A stretch of 64,000 nucleotides of DNA, from the NCBI GenBank assembly GCA_017499595.2, contig CM039009.1:1736001-1800000 (forward strand). The letters run 5' to 3'. Shown here piece after piece: positions 1-12,447 of this stretch. Every line of letters begins with the position of its first letter. The first letter of the stretch is position 1. Both the position numbers and the translations under genes were made by a program. This DNA comes from Psilocybe cubensis. Its lineage: Eukaryota. Under the pieces are notes generated by a model, which saw nothing but the letters and a program-made list of their open reading frames with translations, had not been told where the DNA came from and did not search any database.

Positions 1-2
1 AC

Positions 3-128
3 TGCAAAGCAGTGTATGTATATGTCAAAGGTAGTGGCATACAAATAGACGGCCTGGAAAAAGACGTCGTCCCGATATTCCCTTCATCGACATCCGTAGA
101 CGTCAAATACCAGAAACACATCAAATTT
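3..128 (+). pseudogene. Truncated PIF1-like (Helitron-type) helicase fragment
   Basis: Reads CKAVYVYVKGSGIQIDGLEKDVVPIFPSSTSVDVKYQKHIKF. This resembles the 'GL..gvvPi.P' segment preceding the R.QlPl..a.a.T..K.QG motif of fungal PIF1-like helicases. That motif is absent after ~128. Confidence 0.5.
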
Positions 129-2881
129 GACACATTCACGCCCATGGTAGGTAATTTGGATACACACATAATTATTACATTAGTACACAATATCACGCAA
201 AATTTTACTGGTTATTGGCATGGCAGGTAATTGCGTCGAAGCCGACTTTTCGAGTTATCTTTTGCCCTCTATTATTTAGTTATGGCCTGTAAGAAAGGGT
301 TTTGCATCAGTTACAAGTTTTTCCTGCTCCCGCTGTGACGTTATTGAGAAATGTGACTCCGAAAGTAACAGCGGTTCCGTAGCGGCACACGGAAAATATT
401 CAAAATGAAGCTTAGAGGTCGAATAGACAAATTAAATTACTCTGTATCTCTGTATTTGACACCGGTTCTCTAGCTACTACATAGCTGCATTTATACTGTA
501 AAAATAAGGTGTTCAAAGGAAGTATACAAAGAAAGAGATACAAGAGGGTTAATTGGGAAATACATGAAGGTGGAGTACAAGTCAGTTTTAAGGGGAATAA
601 AATGAAGAAATAGGAATAAAGAATAAAGAAAATGAGCTAAAGGACTGCGTGTATTGGGTGGACGGAGCTAAGGTAAAGTCCACAGAAAAGAAAATTATAG
701 ATAAGATAAAAGGAAGATAGTTAGGGGTGTGGGAAACAATCTGGATCGTCACACCCACCATTGGTTTTCGCTCACATCAAAACTCTCATCCTCATCTCAA
801 GGTTTCAACGAGGTCGAGCTTACACCACTCACCGTGCTCTCTCACCTGCCCTAGCCACGTCCTTTTTTTCTTCTCTCATATCCATCACATCCATTGCCCG
901 TGACCAACCGCCCGCTGCGCTGAGCGCATACCAAAGTCTGGTTTGTGTATGTAAGCACTCTGGCTCTTTTTAAAAGTCGCTTACCTGTCCTAGTTGACTT
1001 TCTTTCGTATCATCAATGCGCTAGCCACCGGCAGAATCCGAGCACTTTCTTTTGAGAGTTTTTTGCTTTCAAACATAGGGTATGTAGGTTCAAAAAATAC
1101 ATTCAGGTATATATAAGGTATTTACATATACTAGTATCTTTACATTTTGAGTAAGAAGAGTAGAAAAAGTAGAATTTGAGTAGATGTTATCTGCCACCCT
1201 TAATGTTATCTGCCAGCCGATGTGCCGAAGCACAGCCACATCTGCGCACGACTCCATTCAATAATGCTCGACGACTGGGTTGTGGGTTATTACAGCTCTT
1301 TATTAAGACCCTTTAAGTAATATTCCATATGATACATAAAGAAAGCATTACCCATGTGCAAAATATCTGCTTAATTCCGAGTACAGACGAAGTCCGGGGT
1401 AAAATTGAATAAAACACTTTTCGGACGCGCGTTAGCGCAAAATTTTTGAAATTTTACGTATTGTTTCGCACGGTAACTCATAACTTTTGTGTTTGGAATG
1501 ACGTATATATATTCTCAAGTAATTTATAGTCTTTCTCTCCACATATTAAACAAAAACAAGGAAGTGAGAATCTCTTCCCTTTTTCCTCCATTTTTTGGTC
1601 ATTTCCCGTTTGGGACACCCACTCCTATGAACGGAGAACCCTAGCCAAGGCCTAAATACCGTGGTCATCTTAGTCATGCAGCAATATTGAATTTATTGCC
1701 TTTCTTACAGGGTAGAACTAAATGATAGAGGGCAAAAAATAACATACCTAAGTATGTAACAGAATATACTTATTTGTATAGTGGACTCGGTGCAGGGTGT
1801 CGGAAGTCGTTCAGGCATAGCGGGATTGTGTGTTGCCTATCGATCACTCGGCATACCTGCCGGACGATGTTTGGTTTGTGTCTGGGCACCTCGCTCTTCC
1901 GGCTTTCCATAGAAACGGTACTCGGTAAATTTGCGTGCAAATTGTCAAATCTTGCGTGTGCATGTCATTGAAATACGTGCAGCGGGATTGAGGTAGCGTG
2001 TTATATGCGTGCATATTTCAGCATACTGATAAGGTGTACTAAGTACTGCCAGGAATATAATACGCTACCTATCTTTCTATACCGTTGTAAGCATTGAATT
2101 GTTATACAGATTTTTTCATTTAAATAGACTGCAACTCCAGCAAAGTGGTGTATAGTTTAGTAAGTTACTATGTTCCCCAGAAAGTTTGCATCTTTCACTC
2201 GCTCACCAAATACATGTCCAAAGGACAGAAAAAAGATTGATTCAAGTTCGCGGGACTGGTAACGTGGTGTACATTACTGAATAAAAGGCGTTGCCAGTTA
2301 CAATGCGAACGGTCTCGTAGTCGGGATCTTACAAAACAAATCCCTACACCTTCGGAATACATCAGAAACAGACTGGCTATCTCAAACTCGGTCAAAAATG
2401 ATATGTAGCTAAAGATAATTCACCACGGGGTATCTTTGAGATGAAAAAAATGCGTGTCACGCGGGCACACACAAAAACGCACACACGCGAAGTTGGTGGA
2501 GATTAGTTACCATTTTAGGAAAGTATCACGGCCATCAAAGATGTTATGAAGTGATTTCCTTGTATTCCATTGAATTTAACTTCTCTTTTACTTGGACTGG
2601 GTTATGGAATCAATACTTAGTCGAATTCGCAACTTCGTGGCTCGATGTAGCTTCCTGCTGTGGTTATAAGTGCCCGGTAAATAAGGGGCTGCCTTATGAT
2701 TTACAAATGTTCTAGTTTTCTTGAGCGCTTACAGAATGTTCTACACATCCTAAGTCACACTAAGACTCAACGCGTGGACGCGGTTGAACATGATACAGTA
2801 GATACTTGCCTTAAATGCATTTTATCCTGTGTTTATTGGGTTTTTTTTTCTCGGATTCTCGTGCGTCTGGCGCGTGAATAG

Positions 2882-3452
2882 CTAACCCTGTGACTTGGTA
2901 TATCTTTGTGAGCGTCTAATCCGTAATTTTCGTTAAACCTATATCCTTACTCTACAGTTTCGTCATGTTTTCAACTATGGTCCGATTCTTTTCTTCGAGT
3001 TTGACTTTCTCTACTCATTTATCCTATGTTTTGCGAGGCACTCAAAAACACGTTGGGTGGGACAAGAAATTGCTGAAAGACGGAATAGAGGCTGCATTGA
3101 AGGACAAGGAGGTCGAGTCGAAGCTTCAAGTTGCGCTTGGGCTTACCGCGTATAACACGAAGTTCAAGCTACGCGTGCTGGCGACCAGGTAACTTCTAAA
3201 CTTATGGCTTCCGCGTTGATGGTTTTTCATTTGTCCAGGGCTATTGCTTCCCCGTCGCGTACTGATGATACACCGCATTTTACTGCGCGGATTTTTGATG
3301 CCCCGGGAAACGGACGATACCTCGGATGTATTCACGCATACCCAATTGGTTACTCGAAACAGCCTTCGTTCTATTATCCTTCTCAAGACCGATCTCCAAA
3401 ATGGGCTCGGCGCGAGTTTGTAGCGTTGCGCCATAGAATTGAACGTATTTGA
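2882..3452 (+). CDS. Small spliced hypothetical protein (5' end uncertain)
   Basis: GT-AG introns join in-frame exons: NPVTWYIF|FRHVFNYG|TQKHVGWDKK...RVLATR|AIASPSRTDDTPHFTARIF...GCIHAYP...IERI*. Confidence 0.5.
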
Positions 3453-4146
3453 TCAAAGGTTTGTGTTTCTTCTCGTTCATTGTTTCGTTCAAACGCGCTT
3501 AACTCAACAGAATGTACATTTCCGTTTTTTTCGGCGCACTACAGCCGTATAACACGATATTTTGAAATTTTCAGAGCCATTTATTGTATATACTATCATC
3601 TTGGAATGCCAGTGCATTTGTATTGTATCTGAGTTTTGTTGATACATGGACTTCAGCACTAATAATATGTTGAGTTATTTTTTTTGGCTTGGTTTGTATC
3701 ACCACCACCTCCATCGACTTATTGTGTACTTTGTATAAAAAATATCCTTTGTCACGACAACTTCGCCAACACTAATTCGCCTTGCACTGCGTTTTTTTGT
3801 AAAAACATGCTTTTTATTCTTAATTTCTTTTTTGTAGGGTAAGGCTAGAGCGGTCTAGTATTGAGGCCTTGGAAGTGTTGTGCAGATAATGGCGTAAGTA
3901 AACGGACCTATAAACACCAGGCAATAAGCGTTTTTTAAAAAATACGAACAAAATTTGTCAACGTCATACAAGAAGATATTTAGAGTTACAACTATTTTAC
4001 CTACAGTGGTTCCACTTGCTTAGAAGTTTCGTGTCATACGCAAAGTTGGAAATATGGATCCGACATTTAACAACGTTTAAAGGTCAATCTATTTGTCTAA
4101 GTACATGTACAACTTGATATTCAACACACCATCAACCTGATCATTG

Positions 4147-5725
4147 TCATATAGATGTGGCCCAACTCCATTTTTCTCTGTTGAAGTCGGGCTGTATCTC
4201 ACATTCTCTCCGCTTCGCAGGGTCGGCTCGCCATATACGAACCACTCCAGCTTCCGCACATACGGCCAAAGAGTTGTAAGACCAATCCACTCCGTATGAG
4301 CTTGATGACCCCCCTCTCAATCTCACAGCATGCGCTGGACTGACATCTAACCGAGTGTCGCGCGCGACACTATAAATGAAAGCATCCCCGTCTCGAGACC
4401 CCATGCCGTGTACTAACCATCGACCGCATGGCGAGACCGACATTTTCGCGTAAAACGAAGTGGTCCCCCCCAAACCATCAAAGGATATCGGGTTCGCACA
4501 TAAATTTAAATCCCGTGCACAGTACACGTATATCTTTGCGTCGATACCAAATCCAAATACAATGCCTTCTGATTCACCGATACCCATCACGAGCGATACG
4601 ATACCCCTAGACCGGTGATAGTTATACAAGCCTGGGTCCAAGTTAGAGCGTAATAGATACTGGCTAGTCGATCTGAAATCCCACAACCGGAGAAAACTAA
4701 CAGCGAAAGTGAGTCGTGCTTCCTAACACATGTTACAACACTCACCCATTAGCAGAACAACTACTTATTACACCATGAGTAACATTGTCATGCGGTACGA
4801 GTCCCGTGATAGTGGGCTCCAGAGAAGCTTTGACTGCCTTGTGTGCATGAGAAATGGTTGCGACGGGTCTGATACCTGTCAATCCCGAAGATAAACGAAC
4901 CGAAGGTTCCACTCGCAAGTCCCACAAAGATATAGTGCCTTCTCTATCTCCAGTGTATACAAGTGATTCGTTCGTGGGATGCCACAAAACACACTTGACA
5001 GGTTCGCAGTGTCCGTGTAACCGATGCGTTATAAACCGCTCTTCGACAGTCACAACAAACCCGCCGGGGTGATAGTCGCCCGTATATTTTGTATGAGTAC
5101 ATGTTCCGACTAACAACGACTTATCATCTCCCTTCCACTTTAGATCGCTGATGTAGGACGAATGTTGCGTGACCAACCGTCCTCTAGGGTCTACACGAAA
5201 TAAACAGAAAAGCGCAAATTCGAGATCAGTGTTAAATTGCAACGATCAAGAATATCGACAACTACCACATTCCGATAAACACTTCCGCCGCGTATCAAGT
5301 ATTTTGACGGCTCCGCTGAAGGTGCCTATCGCAAGCAATGACCCACTACCAGCTTTAGAGACTACACACAAATGCGAGTTATACGCATTGATAAGCAGCG
5401 CAGTATAAGTCCTGTTACATACCATTTGAATACGAGCAAACAGAGCGTCTATCAAACGATCCGCACCGGTAATCGACACCGTTAAAAGTGTCCGAAATAT
5501 TTGAAGACACAAACGATTTTAAAAACGGTAAACGAGAGACTATATCACGGGTAAAAATCAGTACTGGGTCGTATCGGATCCATCCGACACAAAAACTGTA
5601 CCTCTACAACCAGTGCGATACACAGTAGTAGACAAAAAACATCGTTGCATCTGACCATCATGGAGGGTCCGTGTGCTAACTCTTCTTTCAGTATTGACGG
5701 GGATATCTTTATCAGTTCCAGACAT
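4147..5725 (-). CDS. cdt2: Divergent Cdt2/DTL-like WD40 protein (CRL4 substrate receptor paralog)
   Basis: Five exons splice in frame from ATG 5725. Cdt2-type blocks: LPFLKSFVSSNISDTF, CSYSN, LLAIGTFSGAVKILDT, GDREGTISLWDLR, FYAKMSVSPCGRWL, GVVRIWRAD and C-terminal KWSWA. Confidence 0.82.
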
Positions 5726-6109
5726 AAATCAACAATAAATCGATCTCCGGTCTTTTATACAACGAAACGTAGACACACAGAAATCTAATTCACATACATT
5801 ATTATCAAATAGTCGATAGTTACTAGGCCTTGAACAGCCCGAAACAGCCTGATCATCAAAATATGTCAATAAGATTACGATCAGCAATGTCCATGACAAA
5901 TATAAAATGGTCATCACCTTTGACGTTCCATGACAACGTAAGATATTCTGATGAACATAAGAACTTGTCAATAAAAACTAATGTTTAATCGATAAACGCG
6001 GTGTGCTATATCCACTGACTCCCTTCATCGGCCGATCATTCACTAGACGTCACGTCCTGTCTGTGTGGTGATTGTCAAATTGCAAGAAGAGAATGTTCTC
6101 GGACGCAAC

Positions 6110-6600
6110 TCAGTGACTTTTTAACACTTCTGCAATTGGAAGTTGAAAATCTGTAGTTGCAATTGTTAGAATGGGTTATTAATATTAAACACCAGAAACA
6201 TACCGTAGCAAGAGCAGTGTCGATCTGAAAAAAGGTCAGCTTTACGAACTTTTAGTGCAAAACAAAAACTCACATAGTCGGTGGTGATGTAACCACTTCC
6301 CTTAGTGTTCTTCGAGTTGCTGACGCGCAGGTAACTCTGGATGTTGAGGACAGACAAGACTCCATATGGAGACATGACTGTGAAAACGAGGCTGAAAGCA
6401 TCACGGTAGGTGTAGTCGGTACCTGGAATCAAAATATGCAAAGATTGGCATTGGTTTGGCGGGACAAAAACGAGTCCGGAACTTAATGCGGACGGTACCA
6501 GTGAGATCAGAATGCGTAGTAGCTAGAAAAATGTTTAGAGCAATGTCCTATACGGAGACATGTATGATAAATACCTTGAGTTACAACTCCTTGGATCGAG
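6110..6600 (-). pseudogene. Spliced hypothetical gene, probably frameshifted
   Basis: Exon-like ORF (HILIPGTDYTYRDAF...GYITTDY) bounded by GTGAGT/GTATGT donors. Apparent 1-nt frameshift near 6455. Confidence 0.28.
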
Positions 6601-6634
6601 GAATGAATAGAATTTAGAGTTAAGAGTGACACAA

Positions 6635-7475
6635 TACGGGCCATACACCATCCCCACATTCATCTGCGCGCTCATCTCATGGACGCGCGCGCTCAGCTCG
6701 CCCTTGCGCGTCTCCTAAGCCTTCATGAGCGTCTCGAACGCGCTGAGGAGTTGCTTCCACGCGAAATTGTCCCAGGCCCGATCTCCACCTTGTGTGTACG
6801 GATATAATTGCGCGAGTGCGGTTCACCCGACGCAGAGACACCGTACCCGAACGTTGGAAGGGTACAACACCACCGGCGCTACTGTCGTAGCTCTGACCCA
6901 AGCTGACCCCACCATCCATCCTCGTTGCGCTTACCACTGTAACTACTGTTGCTGCTGTGATTGATTAGCTACCCGATGGATGAGTACGAGTCGAACTGCA
7001 TGACGTATCCCGGGTTGTTGTAGCTGCTACTGGACGGGTTTGTAGGCGCTCGGGTTGCCCTGCTACTACTGGCCTTGGAGGTAGCTGTAGCTGCTGCCGC
7101 AGACGTGCGCTGCGAACTGTTGGCCAAAGCTACTTAACGACTGAAAGGGTATGCCACCGCCGCTGCCTGTATGTGATGGGTAGAGCTGTACCCAGAGAGA
7201 TATCCGGCACCGCTGCCTCTCATCGAGATACAACCGCCCATCTACTGCTGCGGTACGTATCCCATGGTCATTTGGGGCTGTTGCTGTTGCTGCTGTTGTG
7301 GGTACTGCTGGTACATGCCCTGTTACTGTTGCTGCGGGGTGACGGGGCTCATCACTGCAGAACCCTAGCCACCATACTGTTGCTGCTGCTGATTTGTGAC
7401 AGGAGGGCTCGAGAGGTCTGGGAATCGCGCACTGTGATTGGATCCGCCATCAGCTATAAAAGGGATGTTGGTCAA
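6635..7475 (-). pseudogene. Decayed copy of a conserved Q/P/S-rich basidiomycete hypothetical gene
   Basis: Translation: (L)TNIPFIADGGSNHSARFPDLSSPP..QQQQQYGG*..GGGIPFQSLSSFGQQF..FDSY..EPHSRNYIRTHKVEI..WDNFAWKQLLSAFETLMKA*ETRK. Many in-frame stops and frameshifts; TTG at the expected start. Confidence 0.65.
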
Positions 7476-9012
7476 AGACTGGTTCGCGCTGTAACCGGAG
7501 TACATCGATAGCGCAGGGAGTTGTAGATATGAAGAGATATGGGTAGTTGGATGAGTCTAAAGGACATGACTGCGTATTAACCGCGAGCCGTAAAAGGTGA
7601 AAACTCACAGTAATAGATAGATTGGGCAGCAGTAACGGATTTTTCGAGTTAGTAATAGCCATGCTATGATAAGGTTTTGATGAGAAATACTATCCAGAGT
7701 TAAATAAGAAAGAAAACAATATGGTTGACAGTGGCAGTGCCAAATGTGAAGCCAGATGGGACACTGGACAATAAAGGTCGAGTTGTAACCAATACAAAAA
7801 AATGTACTTACTAGACTCTCAAAGTCAACGGATAGTTCTTGCGGTTTTGGTTGATGGGTATTCTTGGGCCGGCAACAGTGATAGCAATGCGGTCGACTAG
7901 TAAATGCGTGTCAAATTTGAGTTTCATATGAAAAAGACAATGTATGAATGAACGGCTGAGAATGTATTAGGTGATTCCTGGAGGACACCCCGAACCATTG
8001 ACACCAAGAGACATGCTGCTGTAGCGCGTTCAGTGAAAGCAAAGAGAGGATATGTCAGGTATAACATACATGTTGAAGCCCGGAAGTGCTGGGACAACGA
8101 TTGGAATAGTTCTAGAGCGACGGGACATAGACGGAGGAGACAGGCATTGTCAAGTGCGCCGGGGACATTAACTAGCATCTGGAGCTGTTGGTTGATGAGG
8201 GAGGAAGGGGCGTCGGGGATACAGACCAACAGGATGGTGCTGCTGGTCGTGGAAGGAAGTGGAGAGGAGACGGTTGTATAGGGACGGAGCGGTAGCGGGT
8301 GTGACGACGACCGGCAGTGCGATGCTGCTGGTTGTTATCAATTGGATGGACAGCGACACGACTTGCTGTTCAACATAGTAAAGCTGGGATACATAGAAAT
8401 AGCTTAGAAACTTGAGTCAGAATCCGTGTAACGTACCAGGAGGGCCTCCTCTCTATATGGGCCCCTTACATTGCCTGACCGTCACTTTCTGTGTCATCTC
8501 CGTCGTCGGTGGTCGACCCTAATATGGCCAGCCAGAGTGAGGTTGAGTCCGAACAAGAACAATTTAAAACACGTCACCTGATTGGCATCGTGGATTCGTG
8601 CTACCGGTCATTGAACAGTTTAGCAGCGGTAGGACAACAATTAGCAGTGCTTTATATGACTGGCCTTCCCATGCCACTCAATACTCAACTATTCACCATA
8701 GTCCTGAAAAAGGTTATAAATCTACGATTGAAACAGATATCTTGGTTGTGGGTGTGTATAGCGAAAAAAAAACATGCCATGGTCAATTGAATACTACTAC
8801 ATACAAGACCCGACAACGAACAAGTTTTCTCGTTAATGTAACAATGGTATCAACAATCAGTGTACACTGTAAATACAGCTAACTATCCATCCTTGGGATA
8901 TCTATATAAAAGCCAATGTTAAATAATTAACACCATAAAAATATGAAAAGGGGAATAAATAATTCACTTCATTCTTAATGATATAATACAAACAGAATAT
9001 CTAAAATCAAAC

Positions 9013-10328
9013 TCAATGGGTATATGGGTACATGCCATAGAAGGTCGTCATGTTGCCGTTTGCATCAAAAGAGTGGCACATACACTTGAACCTAAAAAGT
9101 TCATAGTTATGACCAGCGACGCGCTCGGGTGGGCCGACTCTACGAGGTGCAAAGAGGAACTGTGCATAGCGACTCAGTGAATGACACACTCGACCAAAAA
9201 AATAAAACATAAAACATAGAAATAAAAAAAGACACTTTACTGGATTATCAATCTCGAAATAAGGCGTAAAACCCAAATGACATAACAGACAATCGGCCGT
9301 AAACTCGATGTACCACCACATTTCAGTGTCGGTTAGCCCTATAATATCCAACGGGAAGAGCTCTGTATGTATGGAATGTTACCATCAACTTAAAATGTGA
9401 ACATGGACATGTCACATACCTAAAACCATTTGTTTCTCGATGTCAACGGCACGAAGAACGATCTGCATGACATGGCTCTGGCACGGCTTCTTGGAAAACC
9501 CGGAAAATAAGTGACAGACAAAGTCCAGGAATAAGTGGTTAGATGATTGTATCATCGTTATCGCATGACTAAGTTCCGGTACCTCGACCAATGCGTCCGA
9601 GCTCGACAGTATAGTGTAAGCGGAAGAGTTGAAGATACCAGCGCTGACGGCCAGAGCAAGCACCCGATCCACGAGGGAACCGTTAGCATTCGCGGACGTT
9701 TTAGATGCCCATGTCATTACCCAGTCTTGCATCTGAGCATAATACGTAGACCCGTGTATGGCAGAGGATATACGGTCCATCTCGGCATAGTCGGTGATCA
9801 AACCAGACATGAGTTCAGATATAACACCATGGTATATATTTTCACTGAATAGTTCAATCGTCAGTTCATAAGAAAACAGAGTACATGGATAAGACAGACT
9901 TCATAGTACGAACGTCCATAGCACATCGCGCTTCAAACAGGTCAAGGGATTGATATATACTATCAACTATCGGTGACCTGCCCAAACGACGTGGTAATAA
10001 CACCATCAATGCAAGACCGAATATATGGCGCTGGTCGTGGTCGAGTTCAAGATCCCAACTTTCTGTCAAAGTCTCGAGGTCGATGGTGTCTACAGTCCAG
10101 AAGGAGCTCGACATTCGCTTATATACATCCCAAGTCTAGAATTTTAACAGAGATTTAGATGGCGAATTGAATAAATAAAACAAAAATAAAAAAGGAGAAA
10201 AGAGAGGAGAAGAAGCAATACAGAAGAAAAAAAAAAAAAAAAAGAAAAAAAAAAAAAAAAACCGGAGACTGTAAGACCTTTTCGGAACTCGAGGACAGTA
10301 ATGTAAAGTGAGTGGGTCTGTCGATCAT
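9013..10328 (-). CDS. Ribonucleotide reductase small subunit (R2)-like protein, predicted catalytically dead
   Basis: Spliced product aligns colinearly to R2: WDVYKRMSSSFWTVDTIDL, FEARC, ENIY, DRVLALAVSAGIF, RAVDIEKQMV, YIEFTADCLL..LG...NP. Ancestral ATG at 10940 is separated by a MITE; the second Met at 10328 remains. Confidence 0.82.
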
Positions 10329-10329
10329 A

Positions 10330-10921
10330 AGATTGGGCTCATCAGGAACCAGCACCCCCTTAGGTAAGCAAAAGTTGGCTTACCTCCGAACCTTTTCAAC
10401 CCTTCTGCACTCACACTATTCTACATTTTTGAACCACAGATATGTAGGTTATGCTTCTTTGAACACATCTGTGGTTTTTTTTTTCAAAAAAATTTTGATC
10501 TCAAGAAGTTATAAAGATTTTAATTTTTTTCCTTTTTTTTTAGTCTAACACGTCAGAAATGGTGTTTTCTCGAGTTTGGGAGATTTTCGAAAATTTGACA
10601 ATGTTCTTTTGGCCGCTTATATAATGGTACACGTGACCACACGTGACAATAAGTCACGCCTAAGTAATACCTCTCAGACTCATTATGGACTTCCAGAGAC
10701 TACAATTTGACCTCTGAGGTGTAATTCTATTATTGTGGGCATAAAGGCTAGTAGTAAGGATTGTATATGCACATTTATGAATTTTTTTTTTTTAAACTTT
10801 TTGTCTGAAACCATTTTCCGTCAACATAACTTTTGATTTTTTTTTCGAGCTGGATTTTGGCCGCTCTTGGCGCCAAGCCCATTGATTACGTAAGGGTGCT
10901 GGTTTCTGATGAGCCCAATCT
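10330..10921. mobile_element. MITE (592 bp) with 28-bp TIRs and TA target-site duplication
   Basis: Left TIR AGATTGGGCTCATCAGGAACCAGCACCC; right TIR reverse complement AGATTGGGCTCATCAGAAACCAGCACCC (27/28 match). TA at 10328-10329 and 10922-10923. AT-rich non-coding interior. Confidence 0.9.
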
Positions 10922-12447
10922 TAGACTTGGTGAGCGCCATGGCTTAATGTTATGTATAATCTATGAAAAGTAAACATACAACTTGAAGGAGAGTTGCTCT
11001 TATACTGTACCGACCAGAGCCTAGACCAAGATATTTGCACGAACTGTTAGTTACATATAAAATAAAACGAGATTTAACCAGGATGACGCGAGCACTATTT
11101 ATAATCGTGCTTAGTAATAACAATAAACCATCAAAAAATGCTGACCGACTCACCGTTGCGTAGGTGACATAGATCATTACAGTTACCCTCGTAATATCAT
11201 AGTGGAACTCATCATATAGCTGTTAAAGTGATCGGCAAACGTGATCATCATAAGAAATGGTTGTCTCTGACGCACCAATGAAAGATAACAAATAAACATT
11301 GCGTTGCGCTGATAGTTGTTGATGTGGATACTGTTGTTAGCGGAAGAGGTAATGGCTTGGTTCGGAGGGAGACAAGATAGAAGGATATAAACGGCGTAAC
11401 ATTGATTGATTACTGCCACGGAAATGGCCAGCACAGTAACCAGTCAGACTTCTGGTAATGAGAATGGACGATGGTATGATATTGATGTAAAACGACCAAC
11501 GTACTTTGATAAAGTATCATTTTGTCATCAATATTGTTCGACTGGAATGTCGTAAAAGAAGGATGGACCATAATACGCGTTGTTACACACTAGTTGATAT
11601 TTAGAAGACTCGAGGCGCGGTGCCGATGATATATCATATCGATATGTAAACCGAGTTGGTTGCGCATTGTATTTCATGCAGGGACTATTGGACAACGTGA
11701 CGAAGAACGCGACTATCAGCATCGAAACGGATGATCGGGATGACATAAGTGTTGACCAAAACGAAGCGGTACGGCGCGGGTACCCATATGACACGTGACT
11801 CTGCGGCACCAGTAACATAACGTAATCAGATGACACGACCTACCATTGTTGACTCTTGACACAACCTTGCTCAGACCACGCAGGTTCGACCACGACCGAC
11901 GAACGAAATGAAGCATAATGAAGGAGGCAGGAGTTAGAGTACAAGAAAGGGAGACCCATGTAGGAGACCCCAATGGTGCGTCATATAGTTCCAATTTAGA
12001 TTTTATAGGTTCAAACTTGCAAACTCAACAAGTAGATATATCCACCGCTTCCACTGAGGCCTCGAGCTGGGAAAAGGACAGATTTGCTGACGATGTCCAC
12101 GTCACAATCCACTCCGTTATGTCAAGAGCGGAGCTGGGGTGATTCTCCTCATCACCATCACTCTCCTCACTGTCCGCCCTCCACACCAACCGTCGACACA
12201 GAGCCTTCAACCGAGCGGCTGTCAAGATACACCGTAGACACGAAGGTATCTCTGACGCGCGCGCGCGGCTGTGTGCGTTCGTGTTTGTGTTGCTCACGGG
12301 CGACACGACCTGGCACCGGCGGAGGATGCGCACGGAGGGCGTTGTCCTAACTTGCATCTGCCTCTCTACCTTTACGCCATCTCCCTCATGTTCTACTCTC
12401 CTACAGGGCGAGAAAAGCGAACCTGGCCATTTCACATCAACTGACAC

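Noticed and set aside
1184..1215. Direct repeat ATGTTATCTGCCA x2
   Set aside because: Short local duplication with no associated structure.
10155..10355. ORF MLVPDEPNL... resembling the R2 N-terminal 'EPLL' motif plus a poly-Phe TM
   Set aside because: EPNL is read from the MITE TIR, and the Phe run is a poly-T intron tract.
11180..11990. Minus-strand multi-exon gene
   Set aside because: The best frame contains an internal stop and no recognisable motif.
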